A stretch of 64,000 bases of DNA. Origin: Phyllobates terribilis. Lineage: Eukaryota. The notes under the pieces were generated by a model. That model saw nothing but the letters and a program-made list of their open reading frames with translations. It was not told where the DNA came from and made no database searches. Location: assembly GCF_046119375.1 (NCBI RefSeq), contig NW_027362771.1:599292001-599356000 (forward strand), read 5' to 3'. The translations under genes and the position numbers were made by a program. This document shows, in pieces, positions 1 to 21,166 of the stretch (positions within the stretch are counted from its first letter, which is position 1; each line of letters starts with the position of its first letter).

Positions 1-285
1 CATTGCTGCTTCTTCTTAAATGCTCTACTTTCATGGTAAAATATCACTGCAGCATGAACGTTTTATGTTTTCCATAAATTTCACCCGAAAGCCGTGTGTG
101 TGTGTGTGTGTGTAGAAGGATCTGCACAAGTAAGATCCATAGAAGATCTGGGGTCAGTTCTCCAAGACCGTCTGTTGAGCGCCTTCAAAAATTGTGAGCG
201 AGTACAAGTACAGAGAAGACGTGACGCTGCTTTGAAGACAAAGTGTTATAGTTATTATAGTACTAGGCCTCAGGCCACCACCTAC

Positions 286-3200
286 CAGGATTTCATCGAG
301 CAACTCATAGATCAGAGCAAAGTTGAGTCGTACCACGTCCTCGCTGAGGTCTCCGCAGTAGTCACGGATCAGGGCGGCCAGTCTAGGACAAGGGTGCAGT
401 AAAATGTAGTCACAAATGTATTTATGAGGACAGTGAAAAAAGGGAGCGCCATGCCGCTATGATGACGTCGCGCCATGCTGCAACGATGACGTCGCGCCAC
501 GCCGCTATGATGACATCGTGCCACGCTGCAATGATGACGTCGCGCCACGCCGCTATGATGACGTCGCGCCATGCCGCTATGATGACGTCAAGTCATGCTG
601 CAATGCTGACGTCGCGCCATGCCTCTATGATGACGTCGCGCCATGCCGCTATGATGACGTCGCGCCATGCCACTATGATGACGTCAAGCCATGCTGCAAT
701 GCTGACGTCGCGCCATGCCGCTAAGATGACATCGCGCCATGCCGCTATGATGACGTCGCGCCATGTCGCAATGATGACGTCGCGCCATGCCGCTATGATG
801 ACGTCGCGCCATGCCGCTATGATGACGTCGCGCCATGCCGTTATGATGACGTCGCGCCATGCCGCAATGATGACGTCGCGCCATGCCACTATGATGACGT
901 TGTGCCACGCTGCAATGATGTCGCGCCACGCCGCTATGATGACGTCGCGCCATGCCACTATGATGACGTCAAGCCATGCTGCAATGCTGACGTCGCGCCA
1001 TGCCGCTATGATGACGTCGCGCCATGCCGCTATGATGACGTCAAGTCATGCTGCAATGCTGATGTCGCGCCATGCCGCTAAGATGACATCGCGCCATGCC
1101 GCTATGATGACGTCGCGCCATGCCGCAATGTCGCGCCATGCCGCTATGATGACGTCGTGCCACTCTGCAATGATGACGTCGCGCCTGCCCCGGCTAATCA
1201 AAAGCCGTGCATGGATCCCAGAAGGTAAGAGATTGGCGAGACTCCCGTCCAGAGACTACTGACATGGACCAGAGTTTCACGAATCAGTCCACCCATCTCT
1301 AGTTGTCTCTGATTGTGGCAGAACCATCCCGCCCTCTCTTGCCTCACACAGCTTCGATGGGTTTTCGGCCTCCAGGCTGTAAAGGTAATTTTTTATGTTT
1401 ATAATTGCTAAAAGCAAGCAGAGCTTGAAAAATGAAGTTGAAATATCCTTATTTACTGACAGCAAGCCAAGGTTCATTCACGTAATTAAAAGTTGCAGAA
1501 TTCTCCATTTTTTGGGGATTTCTTTTATACGAGAAGCCGCCGTGTGATCCTGCACTGACACTCACCGGTTCAGAAGATCCAGATACATGAACGGAGAATC
1601 ATCCGGGCGAATGCTGATGACAAAATACAGACCCCGGTGCCGGGTATGGAGGAAGTGACCGCCCTCGTGTTCCTGGAAGACAGCGCCACACGGTGGTAAG
1701 TGACAGGGACAGTAACTCTGGTAACATCGGCCATATTAGTTTTCACCCATAGTTCCCAGATGCAGATGGAGGACAAGGCTTCTCACCATGACCACAGGGG
1801 CTTGGTCTGATGGAAGAGACGACAGCTTCAGGTACAGGCCGTCAGTGGCAGCAGAGTTTGTAGAGAGACCGTGATCTGAGACGACTGTAAGGAAAATAAC
1901 AAGAAAAATGGAGACATCTGAGCTGCTGAGCCACAGGCTACTGATGTGGCTGCTGGGCCAGGAATGTCCGAATAGATGAGCTCATCCCTAATTATCACAT
2001 ATTTCCTTATATGACCTGGCAAAGAGACTAAAATTTACTAGGGATTATGCTTACAGCTGCTAGAGAGGTAAGGGGGCTGGGGACTACACTTGCAACTGCA
2101 TGAGGGGGAAGGAGACTGAAATGGAAGCTTAAAGGGATTGTCTTATCTCCCTAAATGTGTAAAATTACAATTTTACCTAACTGGGAACTATATTTTTATA
2201 TGAGAGAGATAAGTAGAATTACTTGGAACTTACTAGGCCTGGGAAGTATACTGACAGCTTCCAGAAGGTGAAGTAGACTGACTGAAGACTATATTTATAG
2301 CTGCCAGGGTGGAAAGGAGATTTACTGGAAATTATATATGGTATATTGCTTCGTGAGAGAGGGATAGATTTACCAGGACATTGCCTGAGAACTACACTTT
2401 CAACTGTCAAGAGGGGGAAGTAGACTGACTGGGAATTTACTAGGATTATACTTATTGCTGCCCGAAGAAGAAAGATTTAGTGGGAATCACATTTCTTTCT
2501 ATATAAGGGAGAAATAGAATTATTTGGAACTTTGCAGGACACTGACTGGGAACTATACATTTACATCTATTAGAGGAGGAAGTAGACTTACTAGGGACTA
2601 TATTTATAGCTGCCAGGGTACAAAAGAGATTTACTGGAAATGATATATATATATTGCTGCATGAAGTAAAAATAGATTTACTAGGATACTGCCTGGGAAC
2701 TATATTTACATGTGCCAGAGGGGGAAGTAGACTGACTTGGGACTATAGTTATAGTTGCCAGAATAGAATGGAGATTTACTGGAAATTATATATGATATAT
2801 TGCTGAGTGAGGAAGCAATAGATTTACCAGGACACTGTGAGAACTATACTTACGTCTGCCAGAGAGGGAAGTAGATTGACTGGATATTTACTGGGGATTA
2901 TATTTATTGCTGCCAGAAGAGTAAGGAGACTTACTGGGAACCATATTTATTTCTCTATGAGGAAGAAATAAAATTATTTAGAACTTACTAGGACACTGAC
3001 TGGGAAGTATACTTTGACATTTGCCAGAGGCGGAAGTAGACTTACTGGGGACTATATTTATAGCTGTCAGAGTGGAAAGAAGATTTAACGTAAATTACAT
3101 ATATTGCTGCGTAAGGGAGAAACAGATTTACTAGGATACTGACTGGGAACTATATTTACCACTGCCCTTGGGGAAAGAAGACTGACTGGAAACTTACTGG

Positions 3201-4675
3201 TAACTATATTTATAGCTGCCAGACTGGGAAGGACACAGACTTTGGATCTGTATACTACACTTATAGCTACCCGTGGGGAAAGTAGACTGACTGAGAAGTG
3301 CATTTCTGGCTTCCAGAGTGGGAAGGACATTGACAGAAGGCTTAATAAGCATGATTTGGAACATACTAGGACACTGACTAGGAAGTATACATTTACATCT
3401 ACCAGAATTGGAAGTAGACTGCTGGGGACTATAGTTATAGCTGCCAGAGTGGAGAGGAGATTTACTGGAAATCATATATATTACTGTTTGAAGGAGAAAT
3501 ACATTTATTAGGATACTGACTGGGAACTAGATTTACATCTGCCAGAGGGGGAAGTAGACTGACTTAAGATTATAGTTATATATGCCAGAGTGGAAAGAAG
3601 ATTTACTAGAAATTATATACGGTATATTGCTGCAGGAGGGAGAAATAGATTTAATAGATCACTGCCTGAGAACTATACTTACATCTGTAGAGGGGGAAGT
3701 AGACTGACTGGGAATATATGTATTGCTGCCAGAAGGAGACTTACTGTGAACCATATTTATTTCTCTATGAGGGAGTAGAATTATTTGAAACTTACTAGGA
3801 CACTGACAGGGATCTATACTTTAACATATGCCAGAGGGGGAAGTAGACTTATTGAGGACTATATTTATAGCTGCCAAAGTAGAAATGAGATTTACTGGAA
3901 ACTATACATATAGCTGCGTGAGGAAGAAATAGATTTACTAGGATACTGCCTGGCAACTATATTTGCAACTGCCCTATGGGAAAGTAGACTGACTGGGAGC
4001 TTACTTATAGCTGCCTGACTGGGAATCATACCGATTATAGATCTGGATACTACAATGATAGCTACCAGTGGGGAAAGTAGATTGACTGAGAAGTATATAG
4101 AAATTACATTTCTTGCTGCTAGAAGGGGAAGGACATTGATTTAAGTATTACTAAGAACGATACTTATTAATTGTCTTACTGAAAATTTACGGGGGAACTA
4201 TATTTATTACACCCAGAAGGGAATGAAGACTAACTTGGAAATCACTAGAGGTTATACTTACAGCTTCCAGAGGGGAAATAAAATTGACAAGGAACTTAAA
4301 GGAAACCCGTGATCAGATTCGTGCTGCCTGAACCAGGAACAGCATGAATAAGACACTGGCTGCACGATTGATACCAGATATGTTAAACTCTGAAAGCTAC
4401 AGCATCTCAGAGGAAACATACTTTACAGGGCCTTCTGGGGACTAGGTGTCTTGACTGACTAATCCGAGGCAGGTTCCTGACCCGACTTCTCCCCACCACG
4501 ATACTTCTGATTGACAGGTCTCTCCCAGTGTACACATAGGTGAATAATAACTTATTTGGACCCTTTTATCTGAAATGAATAGGACAACCCCTTTAATTTG
4601 CGAGGAACACAGGATACAATCCTTGTAGATGAGGAGGTCGCCTTTGGAGGAAAGAATGAAGAGCTGGGAGATCAT
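286..4675 (-). CDS. AP4M1: AP-4 complex subunit mu-1, first four coding exons; the gene continues off the left edge
   Basis: Exons 4675-4618 (MISQLFILSSKGDLLIYKD), 1884-1787 (..LYLKLSSLPSDQAPVVM), 1672-1566 (EHEGGHFLHTRHRGLYFV..SPFMYLDLLNR) and 382-286 (LAALIRDYCGDLSEDVVRLNFALIYELLDEIL). Boundaries are GT-AG with compatible phases. This is the N-terminal longin domain of a mu-adaptin, head-to-head with MCM7 as in mammals. Confidence 0.93.
448..1186. repeat. 24-bp CpG-rich minisatellite (ATGATGACGTCGCGCCATGCCGCT), about 30 units, in the AP4M1 intron between coding exons 3 and 4
   Basis: 24-bp periodicity is visible directly; the ORF track shows an 8-aa repeat (MMTSRHAA). Confidence 0.95.
2030..4290. 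repeat. Degenerate purine-rich satellite (about 43-bp subunits in about 140-165-bp higher-order units)
   Basis: GGGGAAGTAGACTGACTGGGAACTATATTTACATCTGCCAGA-like units recur; the GAAGTAGA core appears at about 2415, 2578, 2723, 2867, 3032, 3411, 3550, 3694 and 3839. Confidence 0.85.
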
Positions 4676-4789
4676 GATTCCACCTGAACCCTAAAAAAAA
4701 AACAATTAAGAATTATAGGAGAAGAAGCTCGGTGGACACCGCATCCTTTTCAAAGGAAAACACTTTCATAGAAATGCTGCCAATATTGG

Positions 4790-5345
4790 GGACTATATTT
4801 ATTGAGGGGCAAAGAGACTAGAAACCAACTAGGGATTATACTTCAAACTGCAGAAGAAGTAATGGAACTGGGGACTATAATTGCAAGTGCCAGAAGGGGG
4901 AGGGAGACTGGAATGGAAGCTTAACGGGGGGTTGTCTTACCTCCCTAAATGGGTAAAATTGCAGGGAAGTATATTTATTTCTGTATAAGAAATAGAATTA
5001 CTTGGAACTTACTAGGTCACTACCTGGGAACTATACTTACATCTGCCAGAGGGGGAAGTAGACTGACTGGTTATTCACTGGGGATTATATTTATTGCTGC
5101 CAGAAGAGGAAGGAGACTTACTAGGAACCATATTTATTTCTTTATGACGGAGAAATAGAATTATTTGGAATTTACTAGGACACTGACTGGGAAGTATACT
5201 TTGACATCTGCCAGAGGGGGAAGTAGACTTACTGGGGACTATATTTATAGCTGCCATAGTGGAAAGAAGATTTAATGTAAATTACATATATTGCAGGGCG
5301 AGGGAGAAATAGATTTATTAGGATACTGATTTGGGAACTATACTT
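4790..5345. repeat. Second block of the same degenerate satellite, on the other side of the first AP4M1 coding exon
   Basis: 4830-4960 closely resembles 2030-2165 (GGAAGCTTAA..GTTGTCTTA..CTCCCTAAAT..GTAAAATT). Confidence 0.85.
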
Positions 5346-5419
5346 GTAGAAAAAAAAAATGATATATATATATATATATATATAAATATATATATAAATA
5401 TAAAAATATATATAAATAT

Positions 5420-5523
5420 AGATCTGACTTTTTACTGATGCGACGGCAACAAATATTTTTATATATATATAAATATATATATAAAAATATTTGTTGCCGT
5501 CGCATCAGTAAAAAGTCAGATCT
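5420..5523. repeat. Perfect 104-bp palindrome with a (TA)n centre
   Basis: 5420-5470 is the exact reverse complement of 5473-5523, with a 2-nt AA spacer. The ORF track gives the same N-terminal peptide (MRRQQIFLYIY) on both strands. Confidence 0.95.
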
Positions 5524-6552
5524 CTGGAAATATACGGTAACTTTATTTAACCATATGGTAACCAGAGTCAAGACAAAAACTAATGAAATCGCCAAAATTA
5601 ACATTTTTTTAAAATTTTGTGCAATAAAAAGCGACCAAAATGTTGTATTTAACCCCCAAAACTGTTGAAATAAAAACATCTGTTAGCCGCAGGATGGAAA
5701 AATAAAAATGACACAGATCTGGGAAAATGAAGATACAAATTTCATTAAAGAAAAAAATATTTTTTTTTAATTTTTCTTAATTAGTAAAATATGAAAGGAA
5801 AAAAAAAAAAACTCCCCGTTTGGCATCGCCATAATCAGACCGATCTGTAGAATCGGATTATTTTTTACCTCAAAATGATCCGTCATACAGAAAAAAAAAA
5901 ATAATAAATCAGTGGCAGAATTTGTTTTTTCTTCCCCATTTTTTTGGAATATTATACGGGAAAGTGAACGGTGACGACAGAAAAGCACAACTTGTCCCCA
6001 ACAAAAAAAGACTCATAGTGCCGGGAAAAAATAATGCAGCCGCACAAACCAGACGGCGCTCCGCCACTAAACACAATGGGACGCGATTTTTATGAGGTAA
6101 TTTTTTTTTTTACATACATTGTTAGATTATTGTAGAAGTGACTAAACGGTTACAATGAGTGTAATATCGTGTTGCTATTGCCCAGCAGCCGATATAATCG
6201 CGATATAAGGCGACACAGCAGCAGTAGCTGCCTCATCACCTCATGAAAAAAAAAAAAAAAGTCACAAAAGCGCGGGAACATGTCCCTGCTTTTATCCCAG
6301 AGTCGCTCGCAACGTCATTGGCGCAGCCCGCTGTCACTCATCTGAAGGAGGCGGGACGATATCGCTCCTGTCAAGGCTTACTTCTCAGAGTTCATTGGCT
6401 GAGCGCTAGGCCGCTTTGTTGGTAAGCGGGCGGTGCTAAGTCTTACAGCCAATCAGGACGCTGCTAGGAGAGAAAGCCCGCGAAAAGAAAGCCCGCGAAA
6501 AAGAGAGCGAGTCAGTCACAACAGCGGAGCCTAGCGTAGCAGCACCGACATC

Positions 6553-14705
<8,153 letters not shown>

Positions 14706-14906
14706 TCTGACTCTGCCTACAACAGACTGTGTTTAATGAGAGTCCACGACTGACTGGTATATTATCTGGTGCATGTTTTTATCCCTCACGTTTCCAGGAG
14801 TGAGTGAGCTTTGTATGTTACAGAATTGCTTCTCATGTAGGCGCCATTTCTGTTCTGTAGTGGGGAGGCCGTATCTGATGGGAATCAAGGTCTCCGCAGG
14901 AAGTAC

Positions 14907-14912
14907 AATAAA
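14907..14912 (+). terminator. MCM7 polyadenylation signal AATAAA
   Basis: First AATAAA, about 200 nt after the stop codon, followed by T-rich sequence. Confidence 0.7.
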
Positions 14913-17589
14913 GACTTTTACTAGTAAAGTGGCTTTTCATTCTCTTTTGTAGTAAACAATGTAACGAGCCCAACACCCTGAATCATGCAACTTTTTTTTT
15001 TTTTTGTCGTCTACTGGAAGGACACTAACACAAGGAAATGGCGGTCCACAGTTCCAGTGTCACGGGTCATGGCTAGGAGAGGGTCTCCATCGAGATCTGC
15101 GGCTCTAAGCCTAATTGTAAGACTATTCAGTACTTGCCACGTACAAAATGGACTGGTCCGACTTGGGGGGGAACAAATATTAATTGAAAGGATGCCTCCT
15201 CTGTGTACCAACCTATTTATCCAGATTATCAGATATCCTAGGGTGTCATCCTTTGTAAAGAACCAGTCCTCTCATTCTCGGTTCCGGCCACTAACACAGA
15301 TATTCTGTTTTTGAATCGACAAGTACCGAACAAACTGTTGCTCAGTCAAGGGAAAGATGCCTCTTCTCAAACAAATCAATATCCTTTCTTCCTTTTTAAT
15401 GTGGTGAAGAGAAAAGTCAAAGATCTGCCCAGCTCTGGCAGCAGATTCTGGAAATAATCTTGGTCCCGGAAATGTTTGTCAGGAGGAAATTGCTTTCCTT
15501 TATCGTGCGTCCCGAGGGTTGTATCACGGACCTTACAAAGTAATGTCCGATCTACATTCCCTAATCTAGTCTTGTGGTTCAGTTAGCGTTGTCAGCTGCA
15601 GCTGGAGAGCTTGTCCAAGCTGAGTCAGGAGACTTTGGTTAGGTCTGGATAACCATTTTATTTCGCGGAAGACTTGTCTAACTTTATGATAGACATTTCT
15701 TTTTTACCAAGTGTTTATCAAACGGAGGGGCGGGGGGGGTATAGCTAAATAAGCATATAATGCTGTCTGCAGGGCAAGCGTTAAGAGAGCCAAAGCCAGT
15801 AATGAAGTGAAGCTTGCAAGGGAGACCACAAGCAATAAAGGATTTTGTGGTATGTCAAAAGAAAAACCAAAGACGCTATAGGATTTTTACAGGATGAAAA
15901 GGGTGAAGTGGTCAAAAATGATGTTGAAGGCTGAACTTTTAAATTCCTATCTTGACCCTGTGTCTAAGTATGCAAATGTAATATCAACTGATCTTCACGA
16001 TGCTATTGAAGCAATAAAATCCACACGATCTATAACCAGAGAGATGGTGAGGGAACACTTAGCTAATTTACATGAGTTTATATCTCCTGATCCAGATAAA
16101 TTATATCCTAGGGTACTGAAGATGACAGAGGAAAATTTAGAACCACTAGCCATAATGTTTGAAAAAAGATTAGAACAGGAAGTCCCCGAAGATTGGAGAA
16201 GGGCAAATGTCCCTATCAAAAAAAGGAAAGACTGAGTTGGGAAAATTACAGGCTTTACTTCTATACCAGGAAAAAAGCTGTTTAACATTTATTAAACAGC
16301 TTGCATGTAAGTACTTGGATAAGAATACAGTAATTAACCGGAGCCAGCATGGGTTTGTAGCAAGCAAGTCATGTAGACTCATCTAATTCCCTTCTATGAT
16401 GGAATCACTGACTGGGTGGATCAGGGAAATGCGGTAGATATACTGTATCTCAACTTCATTAAAGCATTTGATAAAGTATCTCATTATTGAAAAAAATGAA
16501 TGACCAACTATGGGATTGACAAGGCTACGGTTAGGTGGATTCATAACTGGCTCTGTGATCATATGCAAAGAGTGGTAATAAATGGTTGCACATCCAATTG
16601 GAAGAGTGTTTCAAGTGGGGTACCACAAGCCTCTGACCTGTTGCCGGTGTTCAACATTTTTATAAATTATATAGATAAGGGAACTGAAGGTGACCTAATC
16701 AAATTTGCAGATGATGCAAAGCTAGGAGTGATCGGTAACACGAGAGAAGACAGAGGATTCAGAAGGATCTAGGTAAGGTTGAACAATGGTCAGCGACTAA
16801 TAGAATGGTATTTAACGGAAAAATACAAGATTCTACATCTGGGCAAGAAAAACTAAAATGACATCTACAGAATGGGAGGAATAGAACTAAGCAACAGGAG
16901 GCGTGAAAAAGACTTGGGTATACTAATAGATCAGACTGCACATGAGTCAACAGTGTGATGCAGCAGCAAAAAAGGACAAACAGTTCTGGTATGTATTAAG
17001 AGAAGAGAAGCATAGTGTAGATCACGTGAAGTAACTATTAGTAATGAGCGGCGTACTCTGATAATGCGTTGTCCTAGTATCCCGGGGGTGCTCTGTTAAT
17101 GTCTGAGTCCATGAGGCTGCATGTTTTGCGGCAGTAGACATCGGCATCACATGCGGGGTTTGCATGTTTTTTAGGCAATCCCCAGATGTGATTCGGCTAT
17201 CTACCTGCAATCTATGTCCTACGAGGAATGGTTAACCCCTTTACCCCCCGAGGGTGGTTTGCACGTTAAGAACGAGGCCAATTTTTACAACTCTGACCAC
17301 TCACTTTGAGGGAAGAACGCTTCAACGGATCCCCCTGATTCTGAGATTCTTTTTTTTCGTGACGATAGTGGTAACATTTATTCGATATCACTTGTGTTAA
17401 CTTGTGAAAAAAAAATTGAAATTTGGCAAAAATTTGGAAAATTTCACAATTTTCAAACTTTGAATTTTCATGCCCTTAAATCAGAGAGAGATGTCACACA
17501 AAATAGTTAATGAATAACATTTCCCACATGTCTACTTTACATCAGCTCAATTTTGGAACCAATTTTTTTTTTTTGTTAGGGAGCTATAA

Positions 17590-18461
17590 GGGTATGTGCA
17601 CACGATGCAGAAATGAAGCAGAAAATTTCTGCATCATTTCTGCATCTCCCTGGCAGAAAAAACGCATGCAGATTGTACATGCGTTTTCCTGCCAGGGACA
17701 TGCGGATGTGGAGCGTTATTCACTGACATTTCCGCATGTGGATTGACAAGCGCTTTCCAGGCGATTTTTGCATCACCTGGAAAGTGCTTGACAACTAGGT
17801 CACACTGTATAAATCCATGCAGCCGACATGGATTTATATAGTGTGACCCGAGAGAGTGGTAAAAATAAAAAATATATACTTACCTTCTGATGGCCCCCGG
17901 TGTCCCGCTCAATCCGTTCTCCCTCGCCGGCAACTTTGAATTGAAAGACCTGCCGACGTCAGCGTCACGTGACCCGTCACATGACTCTGACGTCAGCGCA
18001 GGTCCTTCAACTCACTAACAAGTGCCGGGAACCAAGCAGGAGCGGTGCGCGGGCCGACAGATGGTAAGTATATATATATATTTTTTATTTTATTCTTTTT
18101 TTTTTACAGCTTTTTTAATGGTACCTGGGTGTGGATGAGACTCTCCTCTCCTCCACACTCTGGTACCATCCGCACATTAGAACGCGCCAATAGCGCAAGT
18201 ACAAATGCAGTCTTGCGGAATTGGCGCGTTCTAATGCAAGTCAATGGCGGCGAAAACGCCGCGTTTACGCAAAATTAATTGACATGCTGCGGATTTTTGA
18301 GCGCAGCGTTTACGCTGCGGAAAAATCCGCATCATGGGCACAGCACATGCGGATTTCAATTGGGGAACATTGCTTCCCTTCTACCATGCGTTTCTAATGC
18401 GTTTCCGCAACTGCAAAAACGCAGCGGAAACGCATTCAAAACGCATCGTGTGAACTCAGCC
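17590..18461. mobile_element. Harbinger MITE family A nested in the piggyBac
   Basis: TAA|GGGTATGTGCACAC ... GTGTGAACTCAGCC|TAA. Confidence 0.85.
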
Positions 18462-19545
18462 TAAGGGTTAAAAGCTGACCAGCGATTTCTCATTTTTAAA
18501 ACAAAATATACAAAACTTTTTTTTTTTTTGGGGTCCACATCACACTTGAAGTCATTTGGAGGGGTCTATGTGACAGAAAATGCCCAAAAGTGACACCATT
18601 CTAAAAACTACACCCCTCAAGGTGCTCAAAACCACATTGAAGAAGTTTATTAACCCTTCACGTGCTTCACAGCAATTAAATGAATGTGAAAGGAAAAAAT
18701 AAACATTTTAACTTTTTTCACAAAATTTTACTTTAGACCCCAATTTTTTATTTTTTTTTTCACAAGGGTACCAGGAGAAATGGGACCCCAAAAGTTGTTG
18801 TGCAATTTCTCCTGAGCACGCTGATACCCCATATGTGTGGGGGAAAACCATTGTTTGGGCGCCTGTCAGGGCTCAGAAAGGAAGGAGTGATTCTTTTGGA
18901 ATGCAGACTTTGATGGAATGGTCTGCGGGCGTCATGTCACTTTTGCAGAGTCCCTGATGTGCCTAAACAATGGAAATGCCCAACAAGTTCCCTTTTTGGT
19001 GGAAACTAGACCCTCAATGAATTTATCTAGATGTGTGGTGAGCCCATTGAACCCCCAGGTACTTCACAGAAAATTATAACGTTCACTTGTGAAAAAAAAA
19101 CAAAAAAAACATTTTTTTTCCACAAAAATGTTAAAAAAATATATATATATTTTCACAAGGGTAACAGGAGAAAGTGGACCTCAAAATCTGTTGTACAATT
19201 TCTCCTGAGTACGCTGATACCCCATGTGTTGGCAGAAAACTACGGTTTGGGCGCACGGCAGGGCTCGGAAGGGAAGGAGTGACGCTTTTAAATGCAGACT
19301 TTGATGGAATGGTCTGCGGGCGTCATGTCACATTCTCAGTGCTCCTGATGTGCCTAAACAGTGGAAATGCCCAACAAGTGCCCTCTTTTTGGAAGTGATA
19401 GCTGATTTGTGAATTTTATAATTTAGCGTCATTCGTCAGTTGTGTAGGACAACCTGATGAACACTACACAACTGAGGTATGACAACCTGACGAACACTAC
19501 ATCAGTTGTGTAGTGTTCGTCAGGTTGTCATACATCAGAAATATT

Positions 19546-21166
19546 TTAGTAGTCCATGGAAGTATGGTACCTTCTGAAGCATTCTGTCATGCACAGGCCA
19601 GGTGTCACATTGATAAATGGTGTCCTTGCGTATTCCTCTTCGGTAGCACACTCGGTACCTCTTTTATGACTTTCCTTTTTTTCCGCTGTGAGGGATCTGC
19701 CCCGGGAAATGCTGGCCTGGTACAATTCGAGGTCCTTCAGTTCCGGAAGTACTGGGGCCTGCTCCATCACCACTGCCAAATATCAGGGCCTTGATCACTA
19801 CCTACTGGAAGTGAAGATACGACGCAGAAGTCTGGCCTGCACATCGTGACAGAATGAAAGCGTTGTGCATTGCCATCTGTACAATGTGCTCGGCCAGCTC
19901 CTTGTACCACACCTTGGCCTTTCTCAAAGCACTTTACGACTGGAGGACTTGATCAGATAGATCAACTCCCCCCATGTACTTGTTGTACCCCACTACACAG
20001 TCTGGTTTGACGACCTGTGTAGTGGAACCTCGTACAGTGCTGAGGGTGCTGCCATCACCATTTATGGTGGTCAAGAGAAGGACATCCCTCTTGTACTTGA
20101 CCACCAGTAGGTGGTTGCTACATTAGGCTCTGCTCTCACCCCTTCTGAGCAGCTGCCCAATTAGTGTCTTTGGGAGGCCTCTCTGATTTTTGCAGACCGT
20201 AACACAGGCTGCGGTACGTGACGCAGAGAGGGACTTGAAGAGAGGGACACTGGTATAAAAGTTATCCACGTACAGGTGATAACCTTTATCCAGCAGTGGG
20301 TGCACCAAGTACCACACAATTTTCTCACTCACTCCCAGAACAGGGGGGCATTCAGGGGGTTCAATCCAGGAGTCCTTCCCTTTGTAAACTCTAAACTTGT
20401 GAGTGTACCCTGAGGTACTCTCACAAAGTTTATACAGCTTGATCCTGTACCTGGCCCTCTTACTGGGCAGGTACTGCCGGAATCCAAGCCACCCCTTAAA
20501 AGCAATTAAGGACTCATCCACGCAGATGTCCCTTTGGGGCACGTACACTTCACCAAACTTGCTGAAGTGCTCGATGACCGGCCGAACTTTGAAGACAATC
20601 AAAGTTCGGGTCATCGCGTGCAGGACACCTTGCATTATCGTTGTAATGCAAGAACTTGTGGATGGCCTCAAAACGTGTCCAGGTCATGACCATTCGGAAC
20701 ACTGGAGTGTTATACAAAACGTCAACACTCCAGTATTGCCGAACCTTTGCCTTCTTCAGGATCCCCATATGAAGGACCAGGCCCCAAAACTTCATAATTT
20801 CTACTGCGTCTACAGGAGACCAGTTAGAAAATGATGAAGAGGGGTTTTATTCCAAAAATTGATGAGCGTTTACATTAGTTTGGCCCACCATGAGGTTTAT
20901 AAAATCCTCAGAGAAAAAGACTTTGAAAAAGTCTATTTCTGTGAGGCCGGTGGTGTCAAACTTGATTCCTGATTCAGCCACGAAATCAGGAATCAGGGGC
21001 TCATAATTTTCGGGGGGCGAGGTCCATATGGGGTCAGTAGTGGGGGGCGCTGGTGGCGATCCAGCAGCAACTGAGGAGGAGGAAGATGACGAGGAGTCGG
21101 AAAAATAAAGAAATGTGGGATCCTTTCCCTCGCTGACAATGTCAGAGTTTGGGATGACCGAGACAT
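19546..21166 (-). pseudogene. Frameshifted piggyBac transposase
   Basis: KFWGLVLHMGILKKAKVRQYWS, ICVDESLIAFKG, QYLPSKRARYRIKLYKLCES, YHLYVDNFYTSVPLF and the C-terminal PGLCMTECFRRYH are spread over several frames. Confidence 0.88.

Noticed and set aside
1-285. Next AP4M1 coding exon
   Set aside because: No D(F/Y)GY-type exon with splice sites is visible; the next exon lies outside the window.
459-1262. 267-aa ORF (MMTSRHAA)n
   Set aside because: Translation of a 24-bp minisatellite in an AP4M1 intron; open only because the unit has no stop in that frame.
14985-15700. Possible L1-type endonuclease remnant on the minus strand
   Set aside because: Only vague resemblance and no diagnostic motif; left unannotated.
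19455-19470. CTGATGA as a second hammerhead core
   Set aside because: No stem II/GAAA/stem III arrangement follows; it is part of the piggyBac hairpin repeat.
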